Below, piece by piece: positions 13,101 to 24,794 of a DNA stretch of 64,000 bases. The stretch lies in the NCBI GenBank assembly GCA_025786725.1, contig JAHLTZ010000055.1:36040-100039 (forward strand), written 5' to 3'. How positions within the stretch are numbered: the first letter of the stretch is position 1; each line of letters starts with the position of its first letter. A model generated the notes under the pieces. That model searched no databases and had not been told where the DNA came from. It saw only the letters and a list, made by a program, of their open reading frames with translations. Made by a program: the position numbers and the translations under genes. The stretch comes from Syncephalis fuscata S228 (Eukaryota > Fungi > Zoopagomycota).

Positions 13101-16100
13101 AAGGTCGGAACTTCTCTATGGCCCATACAATAGCCATACATTCGCATTCGGTAGCTGAATAGTTCTTTTGTGCATCATTCAACGCTCTACTGGCATAAGC
13201 AATCGGTCGCCATCCATCGTCGATTTGTTGCGATAATACTGCGCCCAAACCGTAAGTAGAAGCATCAGTTTCAATTCGAAACGGCTTAGATAGTGTTGGA
13301 TAAGCTAACACAGTATCACTAGTCAATGTAGTGCGTAAATCATCGAAGGCGGTTTGTTGTTCGTCTGACCACACGAAGGGTGTACCTTTCTTCTCAAGGC
13401 GACGAATGGGCTCGGCTCGTTCGGCAAAACGGCTAATAAAGCGTCGATAATAGGATGCAAGACCAAGGAAACTTTTACAGCCACGTATATCAGTAGGGCG
13501 AGGGAAATTATGCACAGCAGCGACTTTATCTGGGTCTGGTTTAACACCATTAGCATTCACGACATGGCCAAGATAGGCTATTTGTTGTTGGCCAAAGTGA
13601 CATTTGCTACGTTTAAGGCGAAGTCCAGCATCGCGTAGACGATTAAAAACTGTTCGTAGACGTTGTAGGTGTTCATCAAACGTCCTACCAAATACAATAA
13701 TATCGTCTAAGTAAACAATACATGAATGCCACTTCAGACCAGCCAATACTTCGTCCATTAATCGTTGAAAGGTCGCTGGCGCGTTGCATAAGCCAAATGG
13801 CATGACACGGAATTGATATAGGCCAGCATGTGTAACAAAGGCTGTCTTTTCCTTGTCTGCTTCGTTCATTTGGATTTGCCAATAGCCAGAGGCAAGGTCC
13901 AAAGTAGTAAACCAACAGGCACCAGATAACATATCTAGTGCATCATCAATGCGAGTCGTAGGATATGAATCCTTCTTAGTGGCGTCGTTCAATTTACGAT
14001 AATCGACACAAAAACGTTCACCACCATCTTTCTTACCAACAAGGACAACTGGAGATGACCAAGGACTGCGAGATGGTTCAATAATGCCATTCTCAAGCAT
14101 ATCGTTAATGGCTTCAGTTATCTTTTCACGTTGACGGTAAGCAGAACGGTACGGAGGAGTATTAATGGGTTTAGAGTCACCAGTACTAATGGTATGGCGA
14201 ACTCTAGTAGCTGCTTGTGGATTATTCGGATTTACCGCGAATAGATCCGTATATTCCAGTAACAGTTTGTTGAGTCGGGCTAGTCGGATGGACTCAGACA
14301 GATCTACTCGAGGTAGTTGGGATAGTGCCAATGATACCACGGCATTATCAACTTGCTCGGTAGGTCGGATATCCCGTCTTACTAAGTGCTGTTGTAACTT
14401 AGAAAGTATCCGGCCATTACGGACTTTTCCAGCCACGGCAACTACATGTATACCGTGCGATGGAGTGTTGGACAATTTCATGTCAATGGATTGGCCATCA
14501 ATAAACAATTTGCCAGCTGCGCAATCAATGCTGGCACCAGCGGCGGATAACCAATCCATGCCTAATAATACTGGATACGGGGAAGTATCTAATACTATTG
14601 CTTTAACCTTCCGAACAACGCTAGCTATTTCGATATCCACCAAGGAGTGGCCACGAGTGTTAGCGTGTCGGCCATCAGCTAATCTAACGAATGAATCAGT
14701 GAACGGGCCTAAGACAAGGCCAATATTTCTACATATAGCGCTAGAAATAACCGTTCGTTCAGCACCCGTATCAATTAACATCGATACCATATGTCCATTA
14801 ATCGTTCCATCCTGCAATAATGTGGTAGCGGAAGCAACATTAATTGCGGATATGGTCGATAAGGGATTTACTTGGGGTGGGACGTCGTTACCCTTACACA
14901 TCGACGTCCCATTTAGTTTTCCGCCTGTTTGGCATCACCAGCAGGTAGTTTACTGGTTATCGATGCACGGGCAGTGGCTAAATTTGGACATTGATGCGTG
15001 TAGTGATTCGTATCATCACAGAGGGTACAAGGGAAGCGACGTGTAGCTGGCTGTTGTTTGGGGCGACGGTTATTGCCGGAACGGGTACCTACTTGCATTG
15101 CATTGGGTGCCGTCTTGGACACGGACAGAGATTGGTCATTAGTAACAACGTTTATGCTGGCCTTAGCCGCATGCAGTAACTTATGGGTGTATCTTCCTAA
15201 TTCAATACTATGACCAACAGATCGAAAGTCATCGATAGAACGGATTCGTAACGAGCGGACATTGCTGCGGACGTAGTCGTTAGAACCGATTTTGATCTGT
15301 TTCCAAATTTGTCTAGGCGTCCTTTTGGCATTGGTACCAGCTCTTTCAACTCTATCGGCGTATTCGAATAATGTTTCTTTGTCGTTTAAGCGAAGTAAGT
15401 AAAATTTGTTTTTCAACGCTTCTTTTGGATCACCAGCACACCATTTAATCTCTAACTCCTTTACTAACGTCGCGAATAGGCCAGGCTGGTACGATTGGAC
15501 ACGCGGCATATTGAGTAGGCACCATGCATTCTCGCGGTCACGCAGACCGTACATCAATCGACTGCATTTCGTGGGTTCATCCCATCCTGACAAACCAGCA
15601 ATCAAGTGGAAGCTACGCAGCCATTCAAAAGGATCCGCTTTAAAATCTAGTTTGTCAATATCCATTTTTGGTAGTTTAGTCATCACTTGAGGGACACTCA
15701 AGTCGGGTGGCTGTGTGACCACAGGTGGTACAACAGCAACAGGTTCAGGCTGACTATCTGCAATGGAAGGGAAAGATGAGGTGATGGATGTGGTGTCAGA
15801 GTCGTCCGAATCTATGGACGAAATGGACACTCGTCTGTTGATGCGTGTGGGTGTGGTGTTGTTGTCAGGTGGACCAAGTTCTGCAATTGGGGCAGTGCCA
15901 GGCGTTTCTACAGTGAACTGTGGAGCTGGTGTGTAGGTAGGAATTGGAGGATTTGGGTCTCCTGGGTTGAGTTGTCGAAAAGCGTGTACCAGCGACATTG
16001 TCAATTGAGCTGTTTGGTGAACAGTGAGTCCGTTGGTAGGATTTAGAATGGTGCGTAATAAGTTATCTACTAATGCTTGACTAGCGACGGGTACAGCTAC

Positions 16101-17574
16101 CGTTAAGTTATTAGTATCAGTAGGTGTATCGATTGGAGTAGCGAATGTCACCGGACGAGTACTAGTAATATTTTCTTGTTGTTGAACCGTAGCTATTGGT
16201 TGGTCAACTTGGACGACTTCATCAACGGTTTCTTCTGTTTCAGTTGATGCTACTTCATCAGTACCGCTTACTTCGGACATATTGTCGGGTACCGGCTCGT
16301 CAGTAGCCATTGCGGCTGCTGAGTTACGCGTACTACGACCAGAACGGGTTATACTAGACATGGTTATTAACAATGAACAATGAACAATGAGATGATTTGA
16401 TGGAAGTGAGGTACGAGAATGAATATGAATGTTACGATGGTAGAGACTATCAAATAGTGTTATATCTGTAGTATTGGGACTACGCGAACGGGCAGTTTAT
16501 GGGCAAACTGCCCAGGTCCTCCACCAATTGTCGTATTACTATTATGAAGGGGGACTGAGTAATACGGCAAGGTAGATAAAACACTAGGATCTTGTAATAA
16601 AAGGTTTTTCTTAGGATTGAACTACTTTATTAATAAATGTAAATATTCCAGCTTTTATAGCTGGCTTGACACATCGATTACGTGGTACCCGTGTACCACG
16701 TGTTCTGAATATGTCGCCACAAATGGTATACAATACTACTTACCAACTACCCATGCATGTTTAATAACAGGCACCATAAATGATACATATATATATGTTT
16801 AGTGTATAGCCAAATGGTCTAAAATGTGCCACTCACAATCTATTAATACAAGCCAACAAACAAACACAATGATAAAATATGTTTAGCATTGAATTAATCA
16901 ATATACAATACAACTTACCATCTATTGACGTTAATTTAGTAAACATACACAATATACGGCATGTGTTAGCATATTGTTAATTAATATACAATGTTGCCTA
17001 CAATCTATTAACACAAGATGTTAAATATAAACGATACATAACATATTTAGTGTATTTCTACTTGATATAAAATGTAACTTACTCCCTATTAATACAGGTT
17101 AATGAACATGCACGATGCATAATATATAGCTAGATTGTAGTCGATTAATATACAATTCACTTACAATCTATTAATGCAAGTTATTAAAAGCACATAGCAT
17201 ATGGCACATGTTTAGTGAATGGCTATTGCTATGTAATGGCACTTACAATCTATTAATAAAAATCATCAACCACACACAATGCATAGTATATGGTTAGAAT
17301 ATATTTAGTTAATATGCAATGCTACTCAACACCCTCTAATAGAAATTATTAAAAACACAATGTATAGAATATGTTTAGCTTATAATTGATTGGTTACAGT
17401 GCTAATTACCATCTATCAAAGTTAATTTAGCAAATAACAGCTTTTAGCTAAATGAATACTTGATTGGTTTAATTGCAACATACCACGACGAACTAGAACC
17501 GGTTTAGCGTCCACTATGGCTGTATTGACCATAGTTACGAGGACGGTGCAGACAACAGCAATAGAAAACCTCAT
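10104..17574 (-). CDS. Microexon peptide gene copy A (leader MRFSIAVVCTVLVTMVNTAIVDAKPVLVRR + 3-nt microexons); Gypsy inserted in the intron after microexon 9; two donors mutated
   Basis: ATG at 17574; exon 1 ends at 17484 with CGTCGTG|GTATGT. About 82-bp units read ...ATAG|NNN|GTRAGT. Terminal exon is ATATAG|CT TAA, stop 10106-10104. Skipping the two units with TT instead of GT gives in-frame DDYWNYDFDINAGYWAVSS. Confidence 0.72.
11374..14901 (-). CDS. pol: Gypsy Pol (protease, RT, RNase H, integrase), in the -1 frame relative to gag
   Basis: LIDTGA protease, YLDD RT, TDAS...ELE-like RNase H, HHCC plus D-D35-E integrase and GPF motif. The stop lies inside the 3' LTR. Confidence 0.97.
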   Translation of the reverse strand: MCKGNDVPPQVNPLSTISAINVASATTLLQDGTINGHMVSMLIDTGAERTVISSAICRNIGLVLGPFTDSFVRLADGRHANTRGHSLVDIEIASVVRKVKAIVLDTSPYPVLLGMDWLSAAGASIDCAAGKLFIDGQSIDMKLSNTPSHGIHVVAVAGKVRNGRILSKLQQHLVRRDIRPTEQVDNAVVSLALSQLPRVDLSESIRLARLNKLLLEYTDLFAVNPNNPQAATRVRHTISTGDSKPINTPPYRSAYRQREKITEAINDMLENGIIEPSRSPWSSPVVLVGKKDGGERFCVDYRKLNDATKKDSYPTTRIDDALDMLSGACWFTTLDLASGYWQIQMNEADKEKTAFVTHAGLYQFRVMPFGLCNAPATFQRLMDEVLAGLKWHSCIVYLDDIIVFGRTFDEHLQRLRTVFNRLRDAGLRLKRSKCHFGQQQIAYLGHVVNANGVKPDPDKVAAVHNFPRPTDIRGCKSFLGLASYYRRFISRFAERAEPIRRLEKKGTPFVWSDEQQTAFDDLRTTLTSDTVLAYPTLSKPFRIETDASTYGLGAVLSQQIDDGWRPIAYASRALNDAQKNYSATECECMAIVWAIEKFRPYIYGSEFTVVTDHSALRWLMSRPNPTGRLGRWALKLQEYRPTIEYRRGTANANADALSRDPLPWHELVELAEQDKVEEVMHIAENTTPLLPTEEEWVYAQQTELTTADVYAYLQQGAEYMTLMSDASRRALRKRAKRFELVTGRLKRKVMKGDVMTELLDVVPNQYRPIVLYHCHDKELAGHLGITRTYQRLRQSYWWQNMHSDVCDYVTSCTVCQKIRRIHQRSGLLQSLPVPEKPFDFIAIDLMGPFTESEHGNKYVAVCCDYTTRWIEAAAIPDATAETTVQFLMNNVIARHGMPSVLLTDGGTNFTSGLTAGIAKRLGIQRRITSARRPQTDGLVERFNHTLASMIAKFTSDFEKDWDKYLPLLLFAYRTTKQSSAGHSPFQLLFGREATQPLEVAVGPVSTAPVRFHKRVEEYEEYVTDLQLRLNDVRERAKLMIEAAQRRQSARYNKGRRKEPFKEGDLVWIEEQLLKGTKLRKMKERMKGPFKVIEQTSAVNYRLKDLETQRMFSEHADRIIPLHTRPAHLLLPNISINQISLSNLSTNSLNVSTGRSTLSEGVMWRHIQNTWYTGTT
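14913..16373 (-). CDS. gag: Gypsy Gag with CCHC zinc knuckle (first ATG at about 16361)
   Basis: Low-complexity N-terminus, capsid-like region and CTLCDDTNHYTHQC knuckle; lies upstream of pol. Confidence 0.9.
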   Translation of the reverse strand: MLITMSSITRSGRSTRNSAAAMATDEPVPDNMSEVSGTDEVASTETEETVDEVVQVDQPIATVQQQENITSTRPVTFATPIDTPTDTNNLTVAVPVASQALVDNLLRTILNPTNGLTVHQTAQLTMSLVHAFRQLNPGDPNPPIPTYTPAPQFTVETPGTAPIAELGPPDNNTTPTRINRRVSISSIDSDDSDTTSITSSFPSIADSQPEPVAVVPPVVTQPPDLSVPQVMTKLPKMDIDKLDFKADPFEWLRSFHLIAGLSGWDEPTKCSRLMYGLRDRENAWCLLNMPRVQSYQPGLFATLVKELEIKWCAGDPKEALKNKFYLLRLNDKETLFEYADRVERAGTNAKRTPRQIWKQIKIGSNDYVRSNVRSLRIRSIDDFRSVGHSIELGRYTHKLLHAAKASINVVTNDQSLSVSKTAPNAMQVGTRSGNNRRPKQQPATRRFPCTLCDDTNHYTHQCPNLATARASITSKLPAGDAKQAEN

Positions 17575-18371
17575 AGTAATATTGAATTGCTAAAACAAAC
17601 AAGTAAAATACACAGCAGAGTGTAAATGCTAGAGAGCAGAGAGTAGAATGCGATGTTGATATTGCTAGTTAGTTGTATATACTGTGTGGGCTATTTAAAT
17701 CTTTATTTATGCCGAGATGTCAATATGCTGCACTTTATGGCCTATACCATTGCTGTGCAATAAAGCACACTCATATGATAGCTTAAAGCATTTGTATACC
17801 AGCATATCGATGATGCAGTATTCTGCAGCTAAACCTTTGCTGTAATCTGCTCGGCATTTACACAGATTACACAGCAAGATCAATGACCTAGTATATATTT
17901 GGTAGAAGTACACCTATCAGCTATCCTATATTGCTACACAGCCCATTCGATTATAGAATGCAAATAAGATCTATTGGTTCTAGAAATAGCAACAATGCAT
18001 TACTATACCTTTGCTGTTGCTTTCACCGACAATTTCAATGCTCGATATCTGCATGGAATTGAACAATGTTTGACACCGATGCAACATTAATCCATTGACA
18101 TTGTACTCCTTTACAATTCCATTGATTAATCATTCAATATAGGTAGATTCAATAATAGAGTATTGTAGCCAGTATGGATTTAGTTGACTATTCAGTCTTA
18201 AAGCAATTACCGATTAAGCAAATTGTGTATAGAGCAATTGACAAATATCGCGCTACACTTATAAGAAATGTTAGCAAATATAGTTAGTTATTTGGTGTTA
18301 TATATATATCTAGAAACACAGTATCCTACAGGCTCAATCGTTCAAATAACGAATAAACAACATAATGAATT

Positions 18372-21300
18372 TTATTCTTTTGTAGAGGAATCAACTTCCA
18401 TCGCTTCAATTTCAACTTGAGCAGCAAGTTGCAATGCTTCAATCACTTCGACCGTCTGCTCCTTTCTCGAATCATTACTGCCTAATTGACTTTGAATCAT
18501 GTTATGAACACGTTGTCCCATGTCGGCTATATCGGCCACCGCTCAGCATGTTTATGATCCGCCATCTAACGGCCATAATAATCATAATTAGCCTCTATAC
18601 CATATCAATATGCAAGTGCATCTTACCTTGCGCTCACTATTAAACGTTTCCTTTGTATGTAGGCTTAGTTGTAGTGGTCGTGCCCGCAATTGATCAAACA
18701 TTGGCTTTAGTTCAACGCACGAAGCGAATAGTCGCATACGACCAAAGATGTAAAGACCAAGACGGGCTCGCGACATAGCAACGGTTAAACGACGAATATC
18801 ACGCAGATAGCCTATATGATTGGTGCGCACCAAAGAAAGTAGTATATCTATAAACGACATATTAATTAGACGATGCTATTAATTAAATAAATTATTGCTT
18901 ACAGTCATTTTGCTGTCCTTGGTATTTATCGACAGTTGTCACTTTGGATGGCATACCAAAGTAGGAATGCCAGCCACATCGTCGTTGCAACACATCCATC
19001 AACAAGGCGCGTTGACCATTATACGTTGTCAATAAAGTAATCTTATCGGCGGGATATCCAAGTAGACGCATGTACTGATAGACAGCCACTACATATTCAG
19101 CTTCACCAAGATTCTATAGAATAAAAATAGATAAACTAACAAGTACAGTATATTTATCTATACTAATTATTACCTGATAATAGTGTGGTCGAGGCGAACT
19201 TTCACCTTTGCCTTCATAATCGCCTACATCAATAAACTGATACTCAAAGCTAAATCTATTCACATAATAAGCGTTAACTAGCTAGTTCTTGTGTATTCTA
19301 TTAATTTACCCTGGATTGGCCAAATGGAATATATGCGAATCAGTTACTGATGGTAGATCACCTAGTCGTTCATAGCGCCAATTATACAATTGAGCAATTG
19401 AAGGACGTGCTCGGCCCTAACGAATGTATATAGAGTTAGCTATTTAATATTATACAAATCCTTGAACCTACTTGTCTATCCAACTCAATAGTAGGCACAC
19501 CTAAACGAACAAATCGTCCAAACATACTCTGTTCCATATTACAATACTTTTCAAATGCTGGATTCTGCACAACCGGTGGCAATTGATGATGATCGCCAAT
19601 AAGTACAACACGTTTAAGTCGACTCTGACCATCTTTTGGTTCTTGTAGCAGTAGTGGAATAAACGTTTCACCCTCAAGTACTTGACCCGCCTCTTCCATA
19701 ACAACATTATCATATTCAAATCCTAATGAGACTAATTCGCGTCGCTACAATCATTCAATAATAAGTCGTCGAATTAATGCTGTAGTTATTATTATTATTA
19801 AGTTACCTTGAGAGCAGCGTGCATTGTGGTCATGGCAATCACTTTTGCTTCTTTGGTCAATAAATAGTTGGCACGATCTTTTGAAGTACGCAATAACTCA
19901 AAAGCACGAATCTGCTCCAACTCTTCAAATATATGTTTAATATGCCGGAAACAACCATGGGCCACCTCCATTGCTTCTTCCGATGAACTATTAATGGCAA
20001 ATAGTGGCTGAGGTGCATCAGCAAAATAAGCAACTATATCAATAATATTAATACCAAAAACAACAACAACAACAACAACAATAGTACTTACTGAATGGAA
20101 ACTTTAAAGCAATTTGGCTTGAATCCCAGTGTTGTTGCGTCATATCAGCTTCAAAGAGTTCCCAGCGCGATAATACATGATAAAGGAAAAAGTAACCAGC
20201 CGTCTCACAAGTATAACCATGATCACCCGATTCACCAAGTGATACGGCTAGTCGTGATACTTGTTGCAGTAATACAATACGCCGTTCCTAATTGAATATA
20301 GTTAATGAATTAATGAACTAGTATTACTGTACTAATTCGATCTACTTACTAAAAATGATGAAACACGTCCCGCCTTATTAAAGCTTTCTTCTGTGTCCAA
20401 TTCTTCTTCTCCATGTCCCAATCGAAGTAAATGGCGATCATCAATATCTAGTGCCACAATCTTTTCAAATAATTGATTCAACGCTTGATTACTACGAGCA
20501 ATAAGTAGTGTGCGTTGTTGTGGGAAATTATGATAGATATTGGAAATAATCTGTACTGCAACATCAGTTTTACCAGTGCCTGGTGGTCCAACAATTAAAG
20601 TAAGACCTGGACTTGTACCAGCTCTAATCGCTTCAACTAAATTCATTCAATTATTAATATTTATCTTTTATATACCCACCAATACTTACTCTGTGTTGGT
20701 GTAAATGGCACAGTATTTTTACGAATTAAATCTGATGCATATGGACCCATATTTAAAAGTTGATATGACTTGACAAGTAAATGTTCTTGTTGTTCTGATG
20801 AATCTTCAGCCTCTTCAAGTACAAAAGGTGGCTCGTCCGGTAATACATCTCCTTCAACCGGGGTCAGTTTCTAATTATTTGTTAATATAATAAACCATAT
20901 AGATAGTTATCAAACTTACAGCTTGAGGAAAACTTGATTTCAAATGATCAGCATCTAAAAATGTATCTCTAAAATCAATTGATTGTGGCTTATTAGGCAT
21001 TTGTTTATAATAAACACTACGGGATCCCCATAGCCTATAAATAAATAGATAAATAAACAAATATGTAAATAGATAAATAAATAGATAATAAATAGATAAA
21101 TAGATAAATAAATAAATATGTAAATAAATAAATAAAATTTACCTAAAAATACGTTTTGTAACCAATCAGGCACAAGTAATTCGGATTGCATTAAATCACG
21201 AATAGTTTCTAAAACACCTTTAAAATTATTTTCCTATTATCATTACTATTAGTCTATTATCGTTTTAATATTATTCTCTTATTGTTATTACTTTGGCATT

Positions 21301-22675
21301 TCTACGTAATAATACGTTTAATGTTGAATAAACATCCTTTGTAGATTTACGATTTACATCTTCATAGTATTGATTAGGATCCAGTAATACACGTATTAAT
21401 CGCTCATCTGTATCCATCTTTGGTAATTTGCCTCCCATTTCCACACTTAATCCTTTGCCTATTTAATTATATTAACCATTAATATTTATATGCATATTCT
21501 ATATAACTGACCAGCAATAATCTCCACAATCTGTGCACCTCGAGCATAATCTAATCCAAATGCTCTCTAATATACCATGTAAACCATTATACTATTCTAG
21601 TATACTCTAGCTATACATCCTGCTTACCTAAATGGTCTTTGTTGATCCCATGCTTGATGTGTCCAATCTTGAGCACTTATAGACAATAAATATATAATAT
21701 CTCCTGGTCGAAGTATATCCCAATCTCGTCGAATTGAATCAGAAAAAAATCCCAATTTAATTCGTATTTCAGCTATCACTTTCTGTGGTCGCTCTTCTCC
21801 CAATGCAGGCTGACCAATATCAATAACATTAAACGTATCTATCTTAGTGGCCATACGTGACCATCCATTAAATACAGTAACACCATCGGGAATGCCCGTT
21901 GTGGAGACAGTCTCTCGACTGCATCTTCAATATCTTGACGGATTTCATAAGCAGATTCCAATTGAAACAACGTAAATGATCGACGTAGATAGTCGTAGAG
22001 GGTTAGAAACTGTAAATTTAAACGAGGTAATGGTAAAACAGCATCCGTTGTATATTGACTTGTTCGATTAAGTATATCATCAAATAATGCCATCTATAAA
22101 GTCAACATAATATATTGATTAGTTTATGAAGTAATACAAATCTATCCATCTAATCAATTACCTCATTCGGATAAAGAGATGTTTCATTAATACGATCCAA
22201 TTGACTTGTCCGTTGATGATACCGTTGAATAAAGGCATCAATAAGAAATTCTGGCGTATAATCTTCACTTGGTATATCTGGTCTACTTGGTTGAGTGCGT
22301 CTTAACTGTACGGCATCACATAATCGATTCAAATCAACCGTGCTTAGCTGATTCAAATGTTCACGTAATACAGACGGTTGTTCAATGGCCGATAAATGAG
22401 AAAGAGCCAAGTCGGTTAATTGATCTTTGAATTCAGCATAGGCTATACTCTATTATATACATTCATTACTATTAATACACTATTATATACTTATATTATA
22501 TGGACTGTACCTGAAATGCCAGTAATCGATCATGATGACGAGCTACTCGTTCCTCTACCGTTAATGAACGTCCTGTATGATCATCTACTTCAAAATCTAC
22601 ATAAGACTCAAGTATATCCAATAATTGACTCAATGATTGTCTATTGTGTACTATCTATTAGTTATCTATACCATA

Positions 22676-22706
<31 letters not shown>

Positions 22707-24108
22707 GTATCTTACCCTTCAGGCATCTGCTGAACAATGGCTGTTTGTTTACATAGTAGAACAACATGATGATCATCCAATAATGTATTAACAAATCGAC
22801 GTGTAGGTAATTGTGCTATTAACCCAATAATCAGTTCAAAGAACCGTTCACAATAATGAATAGCCATATCATCTACTAATACAATCATTAGTAATTAGTA
22901 ATTAGTAATTAGTAATTAACTAGCATATTAACATATTAACTAACCCGATTCAGTTTCTGTAATAGATGCCATAATTTGTGTAGCATCCATAATTAACCAT
23001 GACAACCAATGCCATTCTAATTTCATATTCTTTTGTCCATCAACATCTGTCATTTAATTAGTTAGTTAATACTTTTTAATGTATATTAATACTTACCGGC
23101 TACTTTATATCTTTTATCCAGTGCTTTCCATAACTTTTTAACCATAGGTGGTACACTGGCCAGCGCACTTTCTTGTCTAGTCTTTGTACAAAGCGTATGC
23201 CAAATACCAACTGAGAACAATCTATATAATAACATTAATATAATCTATATAGAATAGCTATAATATATACTCACCGCATTGTTTCCACACGAGTTAATGG
23301 ATTCTCAAGACTTTGCGTGGCATGGCTCATAAATGTAAGTAAACGCTCTCTTTCCCATAGATCTCGACCACTATTCACTAAGGACAACTCCATTACTTTA
23401 TGGAATAAAGCACTGAATCGAGTAGTATCCTCGTTAAAAACCTCTAAATATAGTTATCATATTAGTTCAAATCCATGATTAATTACTAAATAGATTATAT
23501 TACCCCATACTGGTACTCTTAATCGACGCTTTTCATTAACCAATACCGCAATACTAATAATATGTTCTTCGGTAGCAGTTGCTGGATCATAATTAGACCA
23601 TAAATACTAAATATAGTTTACATAGTTATTTACTTTGTATTAGCAATACTATACTAGTAACAACAGTAGGCTTAATAATTACCCGTTCTAGATACTGTGT
23701 ACTTTCGAGTTGAGCAATACACTGTGCTGCTGTTACAGCTGCTGTCTCAGTAGATAGTGCATCACCATGAATATATCCTTTATAGATATGTGTTACTAGA
23801 GTGCTATCAAACGGCTTTGTATAGGCGTTAATAGACGTGGTTATCGTGGTGGTTACGTCGTTAGATTCAGGTTCAGTAGCTTGATCAGTCTCCAAATCAC
23901 GCCAATAGACACGCGATAAACGATGAATATCTGTATGTTGTAGTATCGTAGTTATATCATCGCTACTCTGTTCTATGGCTGCCTCAGAATGATGTTGAGT
24001 AGTAGCACGATTATTGCTACGACTACCACTACCACTAGTAGTAGTACTACTAGTACTGGCCTGTTGGCCGCGACTTGATGCCGCTCCTTTACGGCGTGCC
24101 ACTGGCAT
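18372..24108 (-). CDS. AQR: Aquarius/Cwf11 intron-binding spliceosomal SF1 RNA helicase (many exons)
   Basis: [135 protein letters not shown]. Confidence 0.95.
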
Positions 24109-24254
24109 CAATTAAAATAGTCAATCGCCAATCAGTAACCGTAAACAACACGAAATAGAGAAAAGTAAACGATACACGAGATTCAGTTCCAACTAGATTA
24201 AATATAAAGAGAATATTCAAATTTACTCGTATTTATTTACTTTTTATTTCTATA

Positions 24255-24770
24255 ATGACACCAACAGACTCACTAACAACATCCACTCGATTAGTGGTTA
24301 CTGATCAGCCATGGCACTATTTGGACGTTAAACTGTAGGTATAGTCTTGATATTGCGTATACTACTTTATTTATAGTGTCTATTAGCTGTTTTGACGGTT
24401 CTTCAATCGATGGTCCCTTGATTGAGCTTGTTCGATTCCGTACATTAATTGCACAACAGTGCCAACAACTTTATGGTCTTGCTGGTTCAGGTATGCAATA
24501 GATGTACTTCGCTATGACCGTGATACAGGTAAAGGTATACTTCGGGTAGCTACAAGGTAAATAGGTGTAGTAGTTGATAGGGATACTAAATACGAGTCGT
24601 CTATTGATCATAGTGATGTATCAGCTATTTGGAGTGCACTGGCTATAGCAACCCCACAAAAGATCGGTAATCGTCAATGTAGTCTACGTATTTATGGTGC
24701 ATCAGCCAGTCTAATGGCGCTGGCTTGTCCCTCTCGATCATGGCATCATTCATTGTTAGATGAACCATAG
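24255..24770 (+). CDS. Rpp14/Pop8-like RNase P/MRP protein subunit (3 exons, one apparent 1-nt deletion near 24497)
   Basis: Hand-spliced: ...WHYLDVKL|CFDG...RFRTLIAQQCQQLYGLAGSGM/IDVLRYDRDTGKGILRVATS|DVSAIWSALA...CSLRIYGASASLMALA. Resembles the Rpp14/Pop5 family; not in the ORF track. Confidence 0.68.
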
Positions 24771-24794
24771 TAGTAGCATATTCTATTTATTTAC

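Larger units (their letters stand above)
11225..16721 (-). mobile_element. Full-length Ty3/Gypsy LTR retrotransposon, copy 1 (intact, recent)
   Basis: 193-bp TG...CA LTRs at 11225-11417 and 16529-16721, identical by eye. 5-bp TSD AATGG at 11220-11224 and 16722-16726. PBS TGGTGGAG and a purine-rich PPT are present. Intact gag and pol in PR-RT-RH-IN order. Confidence 0.97.
9685..18083 (-). repeat. Inverted duplicate of the 2.9-kb segment 48815-51703, now split by the 5.5-kb Gypsy insertion
   Basis: 9685-11224 plus 16727-18083 is the near-identical reverse complement of 48815-51703. Confidence 0.92.

Noticed and set aside
14165-15046. 293-aa antisense ORF in the Gypsy element (also 59723-60604)
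   Set aside because: Shadow ORF opposite protease/gag with no recognisable motif; identity between copies merely reflects recent transposition.
21035-21140. (ATAA/ATAG)n tract, plus (AT)n at 22680 and (TAATTAG)n at 22890
   Set aside because: Simple intronic microsatellites within AQR, without internal splice-site periodicity.
18083-24108. Functional linkage between microexon genes and the neighbouring splicing factors AQR (next to copy A) and CRIPT (next to copy B)
   Set aside because: Intriguing adjacency, but these are ordinary housekeeping genes and there is no sequence evidence of co-regulation. It would need conserved synteny to be credible.
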